Positions 17,448 to 25,458 of a stretch of 35,440 bases of DNA are shown here, in pieces (position 1 is the first letter of the stretch; each line of letters begins with the position of its first letter). The notes below the pieces were generated by a model. It was not told the DNA's origin, ran no database searches, and was given only the letters and a program-made list of their open reading frames with translations. The position numbers and the translations under genes are program-made. The DNA is from a virus (Duplodnaviria; Caudoviricetes), in the IMG/VR virus record IMGVR_UViG_3300018405_000008, positions 1 to 35,440 of that record; one strand, 5' to 3'.

Positions 17448-17963
17448 TTACTCAGCTATCTTTTCTATTGTACATATGTTAGGCAAAGTAGTAAGTAATA
17501 TTGCTTTCTTATCATCTAAGTCAATGTAATCGAACTTATGAGATAGAAACTTAAGTCTAGCCAGTAGAAACTCATGAGGAACCTCAAGTTCCTGAGTCAC
17601 ACCATCAATCTGTCTATTATGCATTTTTAAGAAAGCTTCTTTTAGTCTGTCGATAGGAAGTAAAAATTCAGTGGCCCATTTTAAAGCTGTTATTTCTGAT
17701 TTATCCAGCTGCAATCTTCTAGTATAAGAGTTAAACATAACCCTAGAGTCTCCAACACTAGTGAAATGATGGCCAAGCTCTTCAGCCAAAACTATTTTAA
17801 ATTTCATGGAGTCATTTTCTAATTTTTTATTTATCACAATTATTGGATAGCTAGATTCAGATTTTAAATACATTCCATCTATATGATCAGGAAGAGAATT
17901 TAGAATTTCTAGCTTGATATTTTCTTTTTCAATTAATTTGTATAATTTTTCTAATTTTCCCAT
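17448..17963 (-). CDS. immA: ImmA/IrrE-family metallo-endopeptidase (anti-repressor)
   Basis: IVINKKL...[10 protein letters not shown] (EExxH variant of HExxH), E..A..WA..FLLP; located in the lysogeny module. Confidence 0.85.
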   Translation of the reverse strand: MGKLEKLYKLIEKENIKLEILNSLPDHIDGMYLKSESSYPIIVINKKLENDSMKFKIVLAEELGHHFTSVGDSRVMFNSYTRRLQLDKSEITALKWATEFLLPIDRLKEAFLKMHNRQIDGVTQELEVPHEFLLARLKFLSHKFDYIDLDDKKAILLTTLPNICTIEKIAE

Positions 17964-17993
17964 GACTACACCTTTGTGATTACAATATACTTA

Positions 17994-18022
17994 TTGATAT
18001 ATTTTTTTTTAGAAAGTATAAT
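17994..18022 (+). promoter_or_regulatory. sigma-A promoter opposing the repressor operon
   Basis: TTGATA (17994-17999), 17 bp, TATAAT (18017-18022). Confidence 0.65.
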
Positions 18023-18057
18023 GATAACAATATATTTAAAGCAAAGAGGATGATAAT

Positions 18058-18246
18058 ATGTTGATAGTAAGAATATTCAACTTAATGGAAAAAAATATGA
18101 GTTATATAATGAAAAATAAAAAAAAATTTCCTAAAGATAATGAATTGTTCAATAAGCAATTTGATGAATCTTTTAATAAAAATGTAAGAGAAACTAATGA
18201 TTATATTAAAAAAAAGTCTAGTTCCATTCATAATACCAAGAAATAG
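18058..18246 (+). CDS. small basic hypothetical protein
   Basis: GAGGA RBS and upstream promoter; overlaps the convergent gene end by 29 nt. Confidence 0.45.
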   Translation: MLIVRIFNLMEKNMSYIMKNKKKFPKDNELFNKQFDESFNKNVRETNDYIKKKSSSIHNTKK

Positions 18247-19081
18247 GATTTAGTACCGAATCACCATTATTTATTCCAACTAAATTAAATATAGATAAAT
18301 TGAAGCTGTCAAATGCATCTGTTAAAGTAGTCAAGACCTCTCCACTTCCGGGGAGGTTTTTTTGGTCATGAAGAATATTTCCTATAGTTCCAGTTTTTTC
18401 AGCAAAGATATAAGATTCCCCAGGATATTTAAATTTAATTGAGTTAATATTTTCTCTAAAAAATTTATCTTCTAATGGAATAAAAAAACCGTTAGAAAGA
18501 ATAAATTTATTTGAAGGAAGAACATGAGATATAATTTTAAGCAAATTAAGACTATGCTCAATATCAGAAAATTCTTTCTTAAGTTTACTTTTGTTAATGT
18601 TAGGGTTAGTTGATTCTGGATTTATAAGGCGCGGATATACTTTCATAAAGATATTCATAAAATTTTCTTTAATAAAATAGTCTAAATCAACTACATAAAA
18701 ATTAGATTTAATAAGTACATAATCTCCAATTTCAGCATTTGCAATATCAGTTTTAATAGGTTTTTGACTGTTTAAATGATTATAAAGAAGACTATAGGCA
18801 TTATCATGAAGTTTTTTTGTTAGAATATCTCCGCCAACTTGAGAATTATAAATTGAGCGAACAGTTTCTGATGAATTTCCTCCGGCGGTCATACCCAAAG
18901 ATGCAACAGCAGGAATGCCTAACTGAATGCTATTGGTATGGTTAGTTTCAGTTTCTGATTCACTTTTTGATTCAGAATTATTCTTTATAAATAAATTCTT
19001 TGATGCTTCTAATAATCCATCATCAATCTGTGAAAGATAGGAATTAATTGTATCGGTATCCATATAAACAAATCTTTTCAT
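18218..19081 (-). CDS. DUF6414-like protein
   Basis: MKRFVYMDTDTINSYLSQIDDGL N-terminus and KKLHD.AY motif; AAGGGG RBS favours ATG 19081. Confidence 0.6.
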   Translation of the reverse strand: MKRFVYMDTDTINSYLSQIDDGLLEASKNLFIKNNSESKSESETETNHTNSIQLGIPAVASLGMTAGGNSSETVRSIYNSQVGGDILTKKLHDNAYSLLYNHLNSQKPIKTDIANAEIGDYVLIKSNFYVVDLDYFIKENFMNIFMKVYPRLINPESTNPNINKSKLKKEFSDIEHSLNLLKIISHVLPSNKFILSNGFFIPLEDKFFRENINSIKFKYPGESYIFAEKTGTIGNILHDQKNLPGSGEVLTTLTDAFDSFNLSIFNLVGINNGDSVLNPISWYYEWN

Positions 19082-19109
19082 AAATGAATCATCCCCTTTT
19101 ATACCTAAT

Positions 19110-19487
19110 CTATTCTTTCCTATGCTTCTCAAGTAATTTCTTAGCTATGCTAGAAATAATTTCTCTCTCTTCTTCTGGAAGCTCTTTATACCCATCTGTT
19201 TTAGAAAGCCAGAGGTCTATATCTTCATCCGTTTTTTGTTCGGGAGCTTCTTTATATGGGTTTCTTATGTCGGAGTTACCTAAGAGAAAGTCCAGTCCGA
19301 CCTGAAAAAACTCTGCCCATTTTTGCAGTACTTCTACCTCAGGTATTCGCTTATTATTTTCATACTGAGATATAGCGGATTTTCCAAATTTATAATGATA
19401 TTGTTTGTTGAATAAATCTACAAGTTCTTGTTGAGTTAATCCTTTTTCTTCTCTAAGCGCTTTAAATATATTTCCAAATTTATTCAT
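19110..19487 (-). CDS. XRE-family HTH immunity repressor (CI/ImmR-like)
   Basis: LREEKGLTQQEL...ISQYENNKRIP...LDFLLG; no S24 peptidase domain; divergent from cro. Confidence 0.92.
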   Translation of the reverse strand: MNKFGNIFKALREEKGLTQQELVDLFNKQYHYKFGKSAISQYENNKRIPEVEVLQKWAEFFQVGLDFLLGNSDIRNPYKEAPEQKTDEDIDLWLSKTDGYKELPEEEREIISSIAKKLLEKHRKE

Positions 19488-19531
19488 ATTCTACACCTCT
19501 AGCTTAATTATATTTCTTATTCACATAAAAA

Positions 19532-19543
19532 GAACAATAGTTC
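19532..19543. promoter_or_regulatory. LexA/DinR-type box in the cI-cro interval
   Basis: GAAC-AATA-GTTC, perfect GAAC-N4-GTTC; near the -35 region of the leftward promoter (-10 TATAAT at 19507-19512, minus strand). Confidence 0.55.
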
Positions 19544-19574
19544 ACAAAAGAGGAAACTTTTTTCAAAAAAAGGG

Positions 19575-19603
19575 TTGCAAGTTTTGTTTGCGTGTACTAT
19601 AAT
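19575..19603 (+). promoter_or_regulatory. lytic (cro) promoter
   Basis: TTGCAA, 17 bp, TATAAT. Confidence 0.8.
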
Positions 19604-19643
19604 TAGTTAACAAGAACGAAACAAGAGAGGAGGAACTTAAGAA

Positions 19644-19865
19644 ATGCCAGTACAATCTAAGTTAAAAGGACTAATAGCAGAGTTTGGGTTATCACAGAAG
19701 CAATTGGCTAAACATCTTGGAATTACACTAAGAACTTTCAATGATAAAATTAATGGTAAAACAGATTTTTCGTTAAAAGAAGCTAGAATTGTTAGCTCTT
19801 ATTTTGGGAAAACAATTGAAGAAATTTTTTTAGAGTCTGAGTTAACGCAAACGAAACAAAATTAA
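19644..19865 (+). CDS. Cro-like HTH regulator
   Basis: KLKGLIAE.GLSQKQLA..LGI....F..KING..DF; AGGAGG RBS. Confidence 0.9.
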   Translation: MPVQSKLKGLIAEFGLSQKQLAKHLGITLRTFNDKINGKTDFSLKEARIVSSYFGKTIEEIFLESELTQTKQN

Positions 19866-19881
19866 AAATTAGAGAGGAGCT

Positions 19882-20694
19882 TTGAAAATGTTAATGAACA
19901 AAGATAATTTCACAAGTTTGGAATTGGTAGACCTAATTAACCAGTACAGGGAACAAGAAGGCAATAAGACTCCATTAAGACATGACACTATGCTAGGAAT
20001 AATAAGGGATGAATTTGAAGAAGAAATAGGTCTCCAAAATATTTTGGAAGCCCAATATACACATCCTCAGAATAGACAACAATATCCAATGTATATCCTA
20101 AATTTATCCCAATCAAGACAGGTCTTAGTTAGAGAATCAAAGTTTGTAAGGAAAGCGGTAATTGCCTATATAGACAAGCTAGAGAATAAACTTTTAAATC
20201 AGTTACCTCAAGATTATCCATCAGCACTTAGAGCATTGGCAGATAAAGCAGAGGAAACACAAAAACTAATGTTAGAAAACAAGATTAAAGACCAACAGAT
20301 AGCAGAACTTCAGCCTAAAGCTACTTACTATGATTTGGTTCTGCAGTGTAAAGATTTATTATCAACAACTATGATTGCTAAGGATTATGGTATGAGTGCT
20401 ACTGCTCTGAATAAGAAACTAGCAGGTATGGGAGTTCAGTTTAATCAAAGTGGTGTATGGTTCCTTTACTCAAAATTTCAAGATAAAGGATACACATCAA
20501 CTAAGACACATCCTTATTCTAAAAGTGATGGGACAGTAGGTAGTAAATCTCATATGTATTGGACCCAAAAAGGAAGATTGTTCTTATATGAGCTACTGAA
20601 AACTAAAGGCATAATTCCAATGATTGAAAGAGAAGATACAGAAGTTGTGTTTAATGATGAAATTCTAGCTTATTCTACTACTGAATTGAATTAA
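19882..20694 (+). CDS. phage antirepressor (Rha-like N-terminus, KilA-C C-terminus)
   Basis: TSLELV..IN..R, LPQDY..ALRALAD, PKA.YYD.VL, IAKDYGMSA..LN, WTQKGRLF. Confidence 0.9.
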   Translation: MKMLMNKDNFTSLELVDLINQYREQEGNKTPLRHDTMLGIIRDEFEEEIGLQNILEAQYTHPQNRQQYPMYILNLSQSRQVLVRESKFVRKAVIAYIDKLENKLLNQLPQDYPSALRALADKAEETQKLMLENKIKDQQIAELQPKATYYDLVLQCKDLLSTTMIAKDYGMSATALNKKLAGMGVQFNQSGVWFLYSKFQDKGYTSTKTHPYSKSDGTVGSKSHMYWTQKGRLFLYELLKTKGIIPMIEREDTEVVFNDEILAYSTTELN

Positions 20695-20710
20695 GAGAGG
20701 AGGGATTTAA

Positions 20711-20896
20711 ATGATAGGGGATGTGGTTGGCTACAACAAATTTCGAGTTGAAATTCTTAGTGGAGAAAAGGTGGTAATTATAAATTTTGAATCTGAGCAG
20801 GAATATATGCACTGGTTGAATAACGGAATGGCATTTAATACAAGAGGCGTGATATTCGATTATGAGAATAAAAAAATAATCGAATTCTTGCAATAA
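20711..20896 (+). CDS. hypothetical protein
   Basis: GAGGAGG RBS; early operon. Confidence 0.65.
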   Translation: MIGDVVGYNKFRVEILSGEKVVIINFESEQEYMHWLNNGMAFNTRGVIFDYENKKIIEFLQ

Positions 20897-21079
20897 TTTG
20901 AAAGGAGAATAGAAATGAAAAAATTATTAGCTGAAATTTTAAAAGAACTTAGAGAAATAAAGGTTGGATAGATGAAAATAATACAGTTTGCGTAAGACTT
21001 AGAAACTGTGAATGGTACCACTACTATGAAAACGGTACTTGGGCCTAAACATAAATTACAAATACAGGAGGAATATAAA

Positions 21080-21205
21080 ATGAACCAAAATCTTGATGAA
21101 ATGTATAACCAATATTGCTTAGACAATTACAAGAAAATAAATGGATACGATTATTTTGATGATTCATATGAAGATGATACAGAAGATGAAGGAGATGATG
21201 AGTAA
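21080..21205 (+). CDS. 41-aa highly acidic protein
   Basis: AGGAGG RBS favours ATG 21080; ends DDSYEDDTEDEGDDE; coupled to yqaJ by TAATG. Confidence 0.6.
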   Translation: MNQNLDEMYNQYCLDNYKKINGYDYFDDSYEDDTEDEGDDE

Positions 21206-22137
21206 TGATAGCTAAGGTACTAATTCAAACTCTAGATTTAAATTATGAGCAGTGGCTTGAGTATAGAAAAAAAGGAATAGGGGGTAGTGATGCTGCAGCC
21301 ATAGCAGGACTTAGTCCTTTTAAAAGTGCTATTTCAGTCTTTATTGATAAGACTGAGCCTAAGTGCGAACCTATAGATTCTGAAAGAATGAGAATAGGAA
21401 GGGATTTAGAGGACTATGTAGCTAAAAGATTTGAAGAAATGCTAGGTAAGAAAGTAAGAAAAAGAAATGCTATACTTCAGCATCCAGAACATGAATGGAT
21501 GCTTGCAAATGTAGATAGATTAGTAGTAGGCGAAAGTGCTGGACTTGAGTGTAAGGTTACTAATTCATATGCTAAAAAGCAGTGGGAAGAAGGTATTCCA
21601 CCAATGTATGAATTACAATGCCATCATTATATGGCTGTTACTGGCCTAGATAAGTGGTATATTGCAGCACTGATTGGAAATGAAGCAGTTTCTATACATG
21701 AAATTAAAAGAGATGAAGAGATTATAAATTATCTCATAAATATAGAAAAAGATTTCTATGAGAATCATATATTGAAAAATGAGATGCCAGCTCCTGATGG
21801 ATCAAGTGATGCTTCTGATTTAATAAAGATGATGTATCCAGATAGTGATGCAAGTGAGACTGTTGTGATAGATAAGAATGAATATGTAGAGATGGTTAAT
21901 AGATATGACCAAATAAATGAGCTTATTAAGACTTTAGAAAAAGAACAGGAACTTATTAAGCAAGATATTCAAATGCAAATGAAAGAAGCGGAAAAAGCAA
22001 TTATATCTGATAGGACAGTGATTTGGAAAACAGTTGAATCAAATAGATTAGATTCTAAGAAGTTAAAAGCTGAACTACCTAACATATATGAAAAATACAC
22101 TAATAAATCTTCAAGTAGAAGATTTCAAATTAAATAA
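21205..22137 (+). CDS. YqaJ-like viral recombinase/exonuclease
   Basis: WL..R..GIGGSDA, ML.N.DR, GLECK, Q..HYM.VTG. Confidence 0.93.
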   Translation: MIAKVLIQTLDLNYEQWLEYRKKGIGGSDAAAIAGLSPFKSAISVFIDKTEPKCEPIDSERMRIGRDLEDYVAKRFEEMLGKKVRKRNAILQHPEHEWMLANVDRLVVGESAGLECKVTNSYAKKQWEEGIPPMYELQCHHYMAVTGLDKWYIAALIGNEAVSIHEIKRDEEIINYLINIEKDFYENHILKNEMPAPDGSSDASDLIKMMYPDSDASETVVIDKNEYVEMVNRYDQINELIKTLEKEQELIKQDIQMQMKEAEKAIISDRTVIWKTVESNRLDSKKLKAELPNIYEKYTNKSSSRRFQIK

Positions 22138-22152
22138 ATGGAGGATGATAAT

Positions 22153-23004
22153 ATGTCAAATTTAAAAAATGAACTTGCAAAGAAAGCAAATAATAGTGTG
22201 ACAGATAATAAAAATAAAGAGCCTCAGACAATTAAAGACTGGATTAAGGTTATGGAGCCAGCTTTTAAAAAAGCCCTACCAAGCGTAATTACAGCAGAAC
22301 GATTTAGCAGAATTGCTCTTACAGCTATATCAGTAAACCCTAAGCTTGCTGAATGTACTCCTCAAAGTTTTATAGGTGCCCTTATGAATGCTGCTCAGCT
22401 AGGACTTGAACCAAATACACCACTTGGACAAGCTTATCTAATACCTTTTGATAATAATAGGAAAATTAATGGAGAATATGTAAAAATTTCAGAAGTTCAA
22501 TTTCAAATAGGATACAAAGGGCTTATTGAACTTGCTTATAGAAGTGGAGAATTTACAAATATTTATGCTAAAGAAGTATTTGAAAATGATGATTTTGAAT
22601 ATGAATTTGGTCTTGAGCCAGTTCTTAAACATAAACCTGCTAGTGGTAACAGAGGAGAAGTAATAGCTTATTATGCAGTATTTAAACTTACAAATGGAGG
22701 TTTTGGTTTTGAGGTTATGTCAAAGTCAGATATAGAAAATCATGCTAAAAAATATTCAAAATCATTTGGAAATGATAAAACACCTTGGAGTAAAAATTAT
22801 GATGAAATGGCAAAGAAAACAGTTTTGAAAAAGGTATTAAAGTATGCTCCAATTAAAGCAGAATTTGCAAAACAAGTTGTTCAAGATACTACGATTACTA
22901 CAGTTAAGACTGTTGTTGGTGAAGATATAGAAATAGAAAATCAAAATGTATTTGAAGCTGAAGAAACTGATTATGAAGTTATAAATCAAGAAGAAACTAA
23001 ATAA
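22153..23004 (+). CDS. recT: RecT single-strand annealing protein
   Basis: LGLEPNTPLGQAYLIPF, QFQIGYKGLIELAYRSG, PW...YDEMAKKTV; GGAGG RBS favours ATG 22153. Confidence 0.95.
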   Translation: MSNLKNELAKKANNSVTDNKNKEPQTIKDWIKVMEPAFKKALPSVITAERFSRIALTAISVNPKLAECTPQSFIGALMNAAQLGLEPNTPLGQAYLIPFDNNRKINGEYVKISEVQFQIGYKGLIELAYRSGEFTNIYAKEVFENDDFEYEFGLEPVLKHKPASGNRGEVIAYYAVFKLTNGGFGFEVMSKSDIENHAKKYSKSFGNDKTPWSKNYDEMAKKTVLKKVLKYAPIKAEFAKQVVQDTTITTVKTVVGEDIEIENQNVFEAEETDYEVINQEETK

Positions 23005-23038
23005 ACTGACAGGGAGGTTTATCCTCCCTTAAAAGGAG

Positions 23039-23884
23039 GTGAATACCCTGGAAGGATGGATTAGTTTACACAGAAGTATACAAGAACATTGGTTGTATCA
23101 AGAACGAAGAGTATTTAGTAAATATGAAGCATGGATTGACATGATAATGATGGCCAGCCATAAAGATAATAGGTTTCTGCTAGGCAAGGAATTGGTTGAA
23201 GTTAAAAGAGGCAGTTTTATTACATCTGAATTAAAACTCATGGATAGATGGAGATGGTCAAAAGCTAAAGTTAGAAACTTTTTAAATTTATTGGAAGAAG
23301 ACAAAATGATTTTGAAAAAAAGTGACAAAAAAAAGACCACTTTAACAATAGTAAACTACAACGATTACCAAGATGGAGAGACCACACAGAGACCACAAAA
23401 AGACCATACGGAGACCACAAAAAGACCACAAAAAGACACAATCAATAATGTAAATAATGATAATAATGTAAATAATAAAGATATAGAGTACTCTATGCAA
23501 AATATTATCGATGCATGGAATGATTTAAAGCTAACTCAAATTAAATCAATTAAACCTAATACAAATAGATTTAAGTTACTAAATGTTAGGGTCAGAGAAT
23601 ATGGAGAATCCGAAGTTATTAAAGCAATAGAAACCATTAAACATTGTCCATTCCTTTTAGGACAAAGCCAAAGTGGTTGGATAATTACTTTTGATTGGTT
23701 TATTAAGCCTAATAACTTCTTAAAAGTTCTTGAAGGAACCTATATGAATAATGGAGCTTCAGATAAAGCAAAGAATAAAAATAATCAAAATTTGCAGGGA
23801 GCATATAAATCAGTTAGTAATGATGACTTAGAGAACCTGCTTATAAATAAAAGAGATCGTTCAAGGAGTGAGGATTCTATATGA
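23039..23884 (+). CDS. phage replication initiator (replisome organiser); probable true start CTG 23048
   Basis: GWISLHR, V.RG.F.TS..KL..RW.WS..KV..FL..LE, TIVNY..YQ, C-terminal FDWFIKPNNF.KVLEG.Y; internal iterons. Confidence 0.88.
   Translation: MNTLEGWISLHRSIQEHWLYQERRVFSKYEAWIDMIMMASHKDNRFLLGKELVEVKRGSFITSELKLMDRWRWSKAKVRNFLNLLEEDKMILKKSDKKKTTLTIVNYNDYQDGETTQRPQKDHTETTKRPQKDTINNVNNDNNVNNKDIEYSMQNIIDAWNDLKLTQIKSIKPNTNRFKLLNVRVREYGESEVIKAIETIKHCPFLLGQSQSGWIITFDWFIKPNNFLKVLEGTYMNNGASDKAKNKNNQNLQGAYKSVSNDDLENLLINKRDRSRSEDSI
23378..23479 (+). repeat. putative replication origin: six 11-bp iterons plus AT-rich 9-mer repeats
   Basis: AGACCAC/AGACCAT at 23379, 23390, 23401, 23412, 23423 and AGACAC at 23434, followed by AATAATGTA/AATAATGAT repeats. 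Confidence 0.8.
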
Positions 23885-24003
23885 GTAATTTAGATAAGGC
23901 ACTTAGATATATAGACAAACTGTATTTTAAGAAGAATTTACCGCTAGATAAAGCAATTCAGGCAGGGAAAGCTTATTTATCAGCTATTAATAGATTAAAT
24001 TGA
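23881..24003 (+). CDS. 40-aa hypothetical protein
   Basis: MSNLDKALRYIDKLYFKK...; GAGGA RBS and ATGA overlap; translated by hand. Confidence 0.55.
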   Translation: MSNLDKALRYIDKLYFKKNLPLDKAIQAGKAYLSAINRLN

Positions 24004-24064
24004 TAATACAAATGACCATCAAACGACCATCAAAGGAGAATGAAATTTTAGTAGGAGGGTTTAT

Positions 24065-24241
24065 ATGGAAATTAAAAAAGATACTACCACAAAGAAAGAT
24101 AGATATTATTTTGTACTAAGAAATCCACATGTTAACTATCCAGATATAAAGATGATATATGGACCTACTGAGCAGGCAGTAAAAGATAAAGTAGCTGCAC
24201 AGCTTAAGAAGTGGAAAGAACTAAGCTCAAAAGTTTCGTAA
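24065..24241 (+). CDS. 58-aa basic protein resembling an integrase arm-binding-type DNA-binding domain
   Basis: AGGAGG RBS; DRYYFVL...KMIYGPTEQAVKDKV; translated by hand. Confidence 0.55.
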   Translation: MEIKKDTTTKKDRYYFVLRNPHVNYPDIKMIYGPTEQAVKDKVAAQLKKWKELSSKVS

Positions 24242-24270
24242 TAGGTTGATATTGAGAAGGAGGAAAATGT

Positions 24271-24669
24271 ATGAATAAATACTTTTGGAACTTTAACGAG
24301 CATGAGGAAGTTTGGCAAAACTCTTGCCCAACGATTGAGGATTGCATAGAAGAAGCCAAATGGGAAAAAAAAGATAGAGAAATAGCAGAGAATCATGTCT
24401 TTATAGGGGAAGCAGAGCCTTATAAACCTATAGTTTATGCTGATTATTTAATAGACAGCGTGCGAGAACAAGCATACGAAGAATGTGGAGAATGTTGCGA
24501 AGGTTGGCTTGATGGACTCAAAAAAGAACAAGAAGAGATATTAGAAGAGAGATTAAACAAAGTTTTAATTGATTGGCTAGTGGAAACTAATAATAGTCCT
24601 AGCTTTGGAAAGTTTATGAAAATTAGTAAGTATAATCTTGAAACTGGAAAAGAAAGCGAGGGAGAGTAA
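24271..24669 (+). CDS. hypothetical acidic phage protein
   Basis: AAGGAGG RBS; early region. Confidence 0.75.
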   Translation: MNKYFWNFNEHEEVWQNSCPTIEDCIEEAKWEKKDREIAENHVFIGEAEPYKPIVYADYLIDSVREQAYEECGECCEGWLDGLKKEQEEILEERLNKVLIDWLVETNNSPSFGKFMKISKYNLETGKESEGE

Positions 24670-25049
24670 TGGAGATGAATTGGATACCAGTAACTGAGAA
24701 ATTGCCAGAAAAATATTGTAAAGATGGGATTCTTTATAATCACCAAGCGGTTATAGCGACATTAAAAAATGGATGTGTTCTTGAAATGTGGTGGGGTGGA
24801 GCCAACGAAAACTTTTTTAGACTTGAGGGAACGAAAAAAGAAGAGCTTACTGAAAATCCAGTGGTTGCTTGGATGCCAATGCCAAGACCTTTCAAAATTT
24901 ATTCCTTGGGATATTGGGACGCAGAGGATGGAAAAGGCTATAGAGAGCACATTCTTACTGAAGAAGATTTTAAAAACCTTGGAGTATGTGACTATATGGG
25001 AAAACATTATGTCGAAAGCGAAATGGACGAATATTTAGAGGAGGAATAA
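24669..25049 (+). CDS. DUF551-like protein
   Basis: WIPVTEKLP...VVAWMPMP.PF signature. Confidence 0.75.
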   Translation: MEMNWIPVTEKLPEKYCKDGILYNHQAVIATLKNGCVLEMWWGGANENFFRLEGTKKEELTENPVVAWMPMPRPFKIYSLGYWDAEDGKGYREHILTEEDFKNLGVCDYMGKHYVESEMDEYLEEE

Positions 25050-25051
25050 TA

Positions 25052-25243
25052 GTGAGCTCTACTAATGGAGACGGAAAAGGTAATTTATTAATTTCTTATC
25101 TTTTCAAAAATGATAATGCTTTAGAGCAAATAAATGAAGAAGCAGAGATAAAAGCATTGATACAACAATTGTTATCAAGCAAAGGTTATAAATATGTGAT
25201 AGCAGATGATTCATTAATAAGTGAGAAATTATTAAAATTGTAA
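25052..25243 (+). CDS. hypothetical protein
   Basis: GAGGAGG RBS, GTG start. Confidence 0.55.
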   Translation: MSSTNGDGKGNLLISYLFKNDNALEQINEEAEIKALIQQLLSSKGYKYVIADDSLISEKLLKL

Positions 25244-25276
25244 TAACGCAATATAACCAAAAAGCGAGGGAAAATA

Positions 25277-25426
25277 ATGAATTTCTATGTTGAAGGGTAC
25301 ACTGCTGATCATGTTGAAAATTGTCCTTTTTGTGGAAGCGATAATATATCCTATAAGCCTTTAAAGGCAAAACACAGATGTGAAGAGTGTAAGAAAGAAT
25401 TTTATGTTATAGAAGAGGAAGAGTAA
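25277..25426 (+). CDS. 49-aa zinc-ribbon protein (CPFCG...CEEC; Lar-like motif)
   Basis: MNFYVEGYTADHVENCPFCGSDNISYKPLKAKHRCEECKKEFYVIEEEE; GAGGG RBS; translated by hand. Confidence 0.65.
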   Translation: MNFYVEGYTADHVENCPFCGSDNISYKPLKAKHRCEECKKEFYVIEEEE

Positions 25427-25458
25427 AGCAATAACCAAAATACAAAGGAGGAATAAAG

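Noticed and set aside
20915-20971. 18-aa ORF MKKLLAEILKELREIKVG with AAGGAG RBS
   Set aside because: May be real or truncated, but too short to assign. It lacks the hydrophobic signal peptide and the neighbouring TPR receptor expected of an arbitrium-type peptide.
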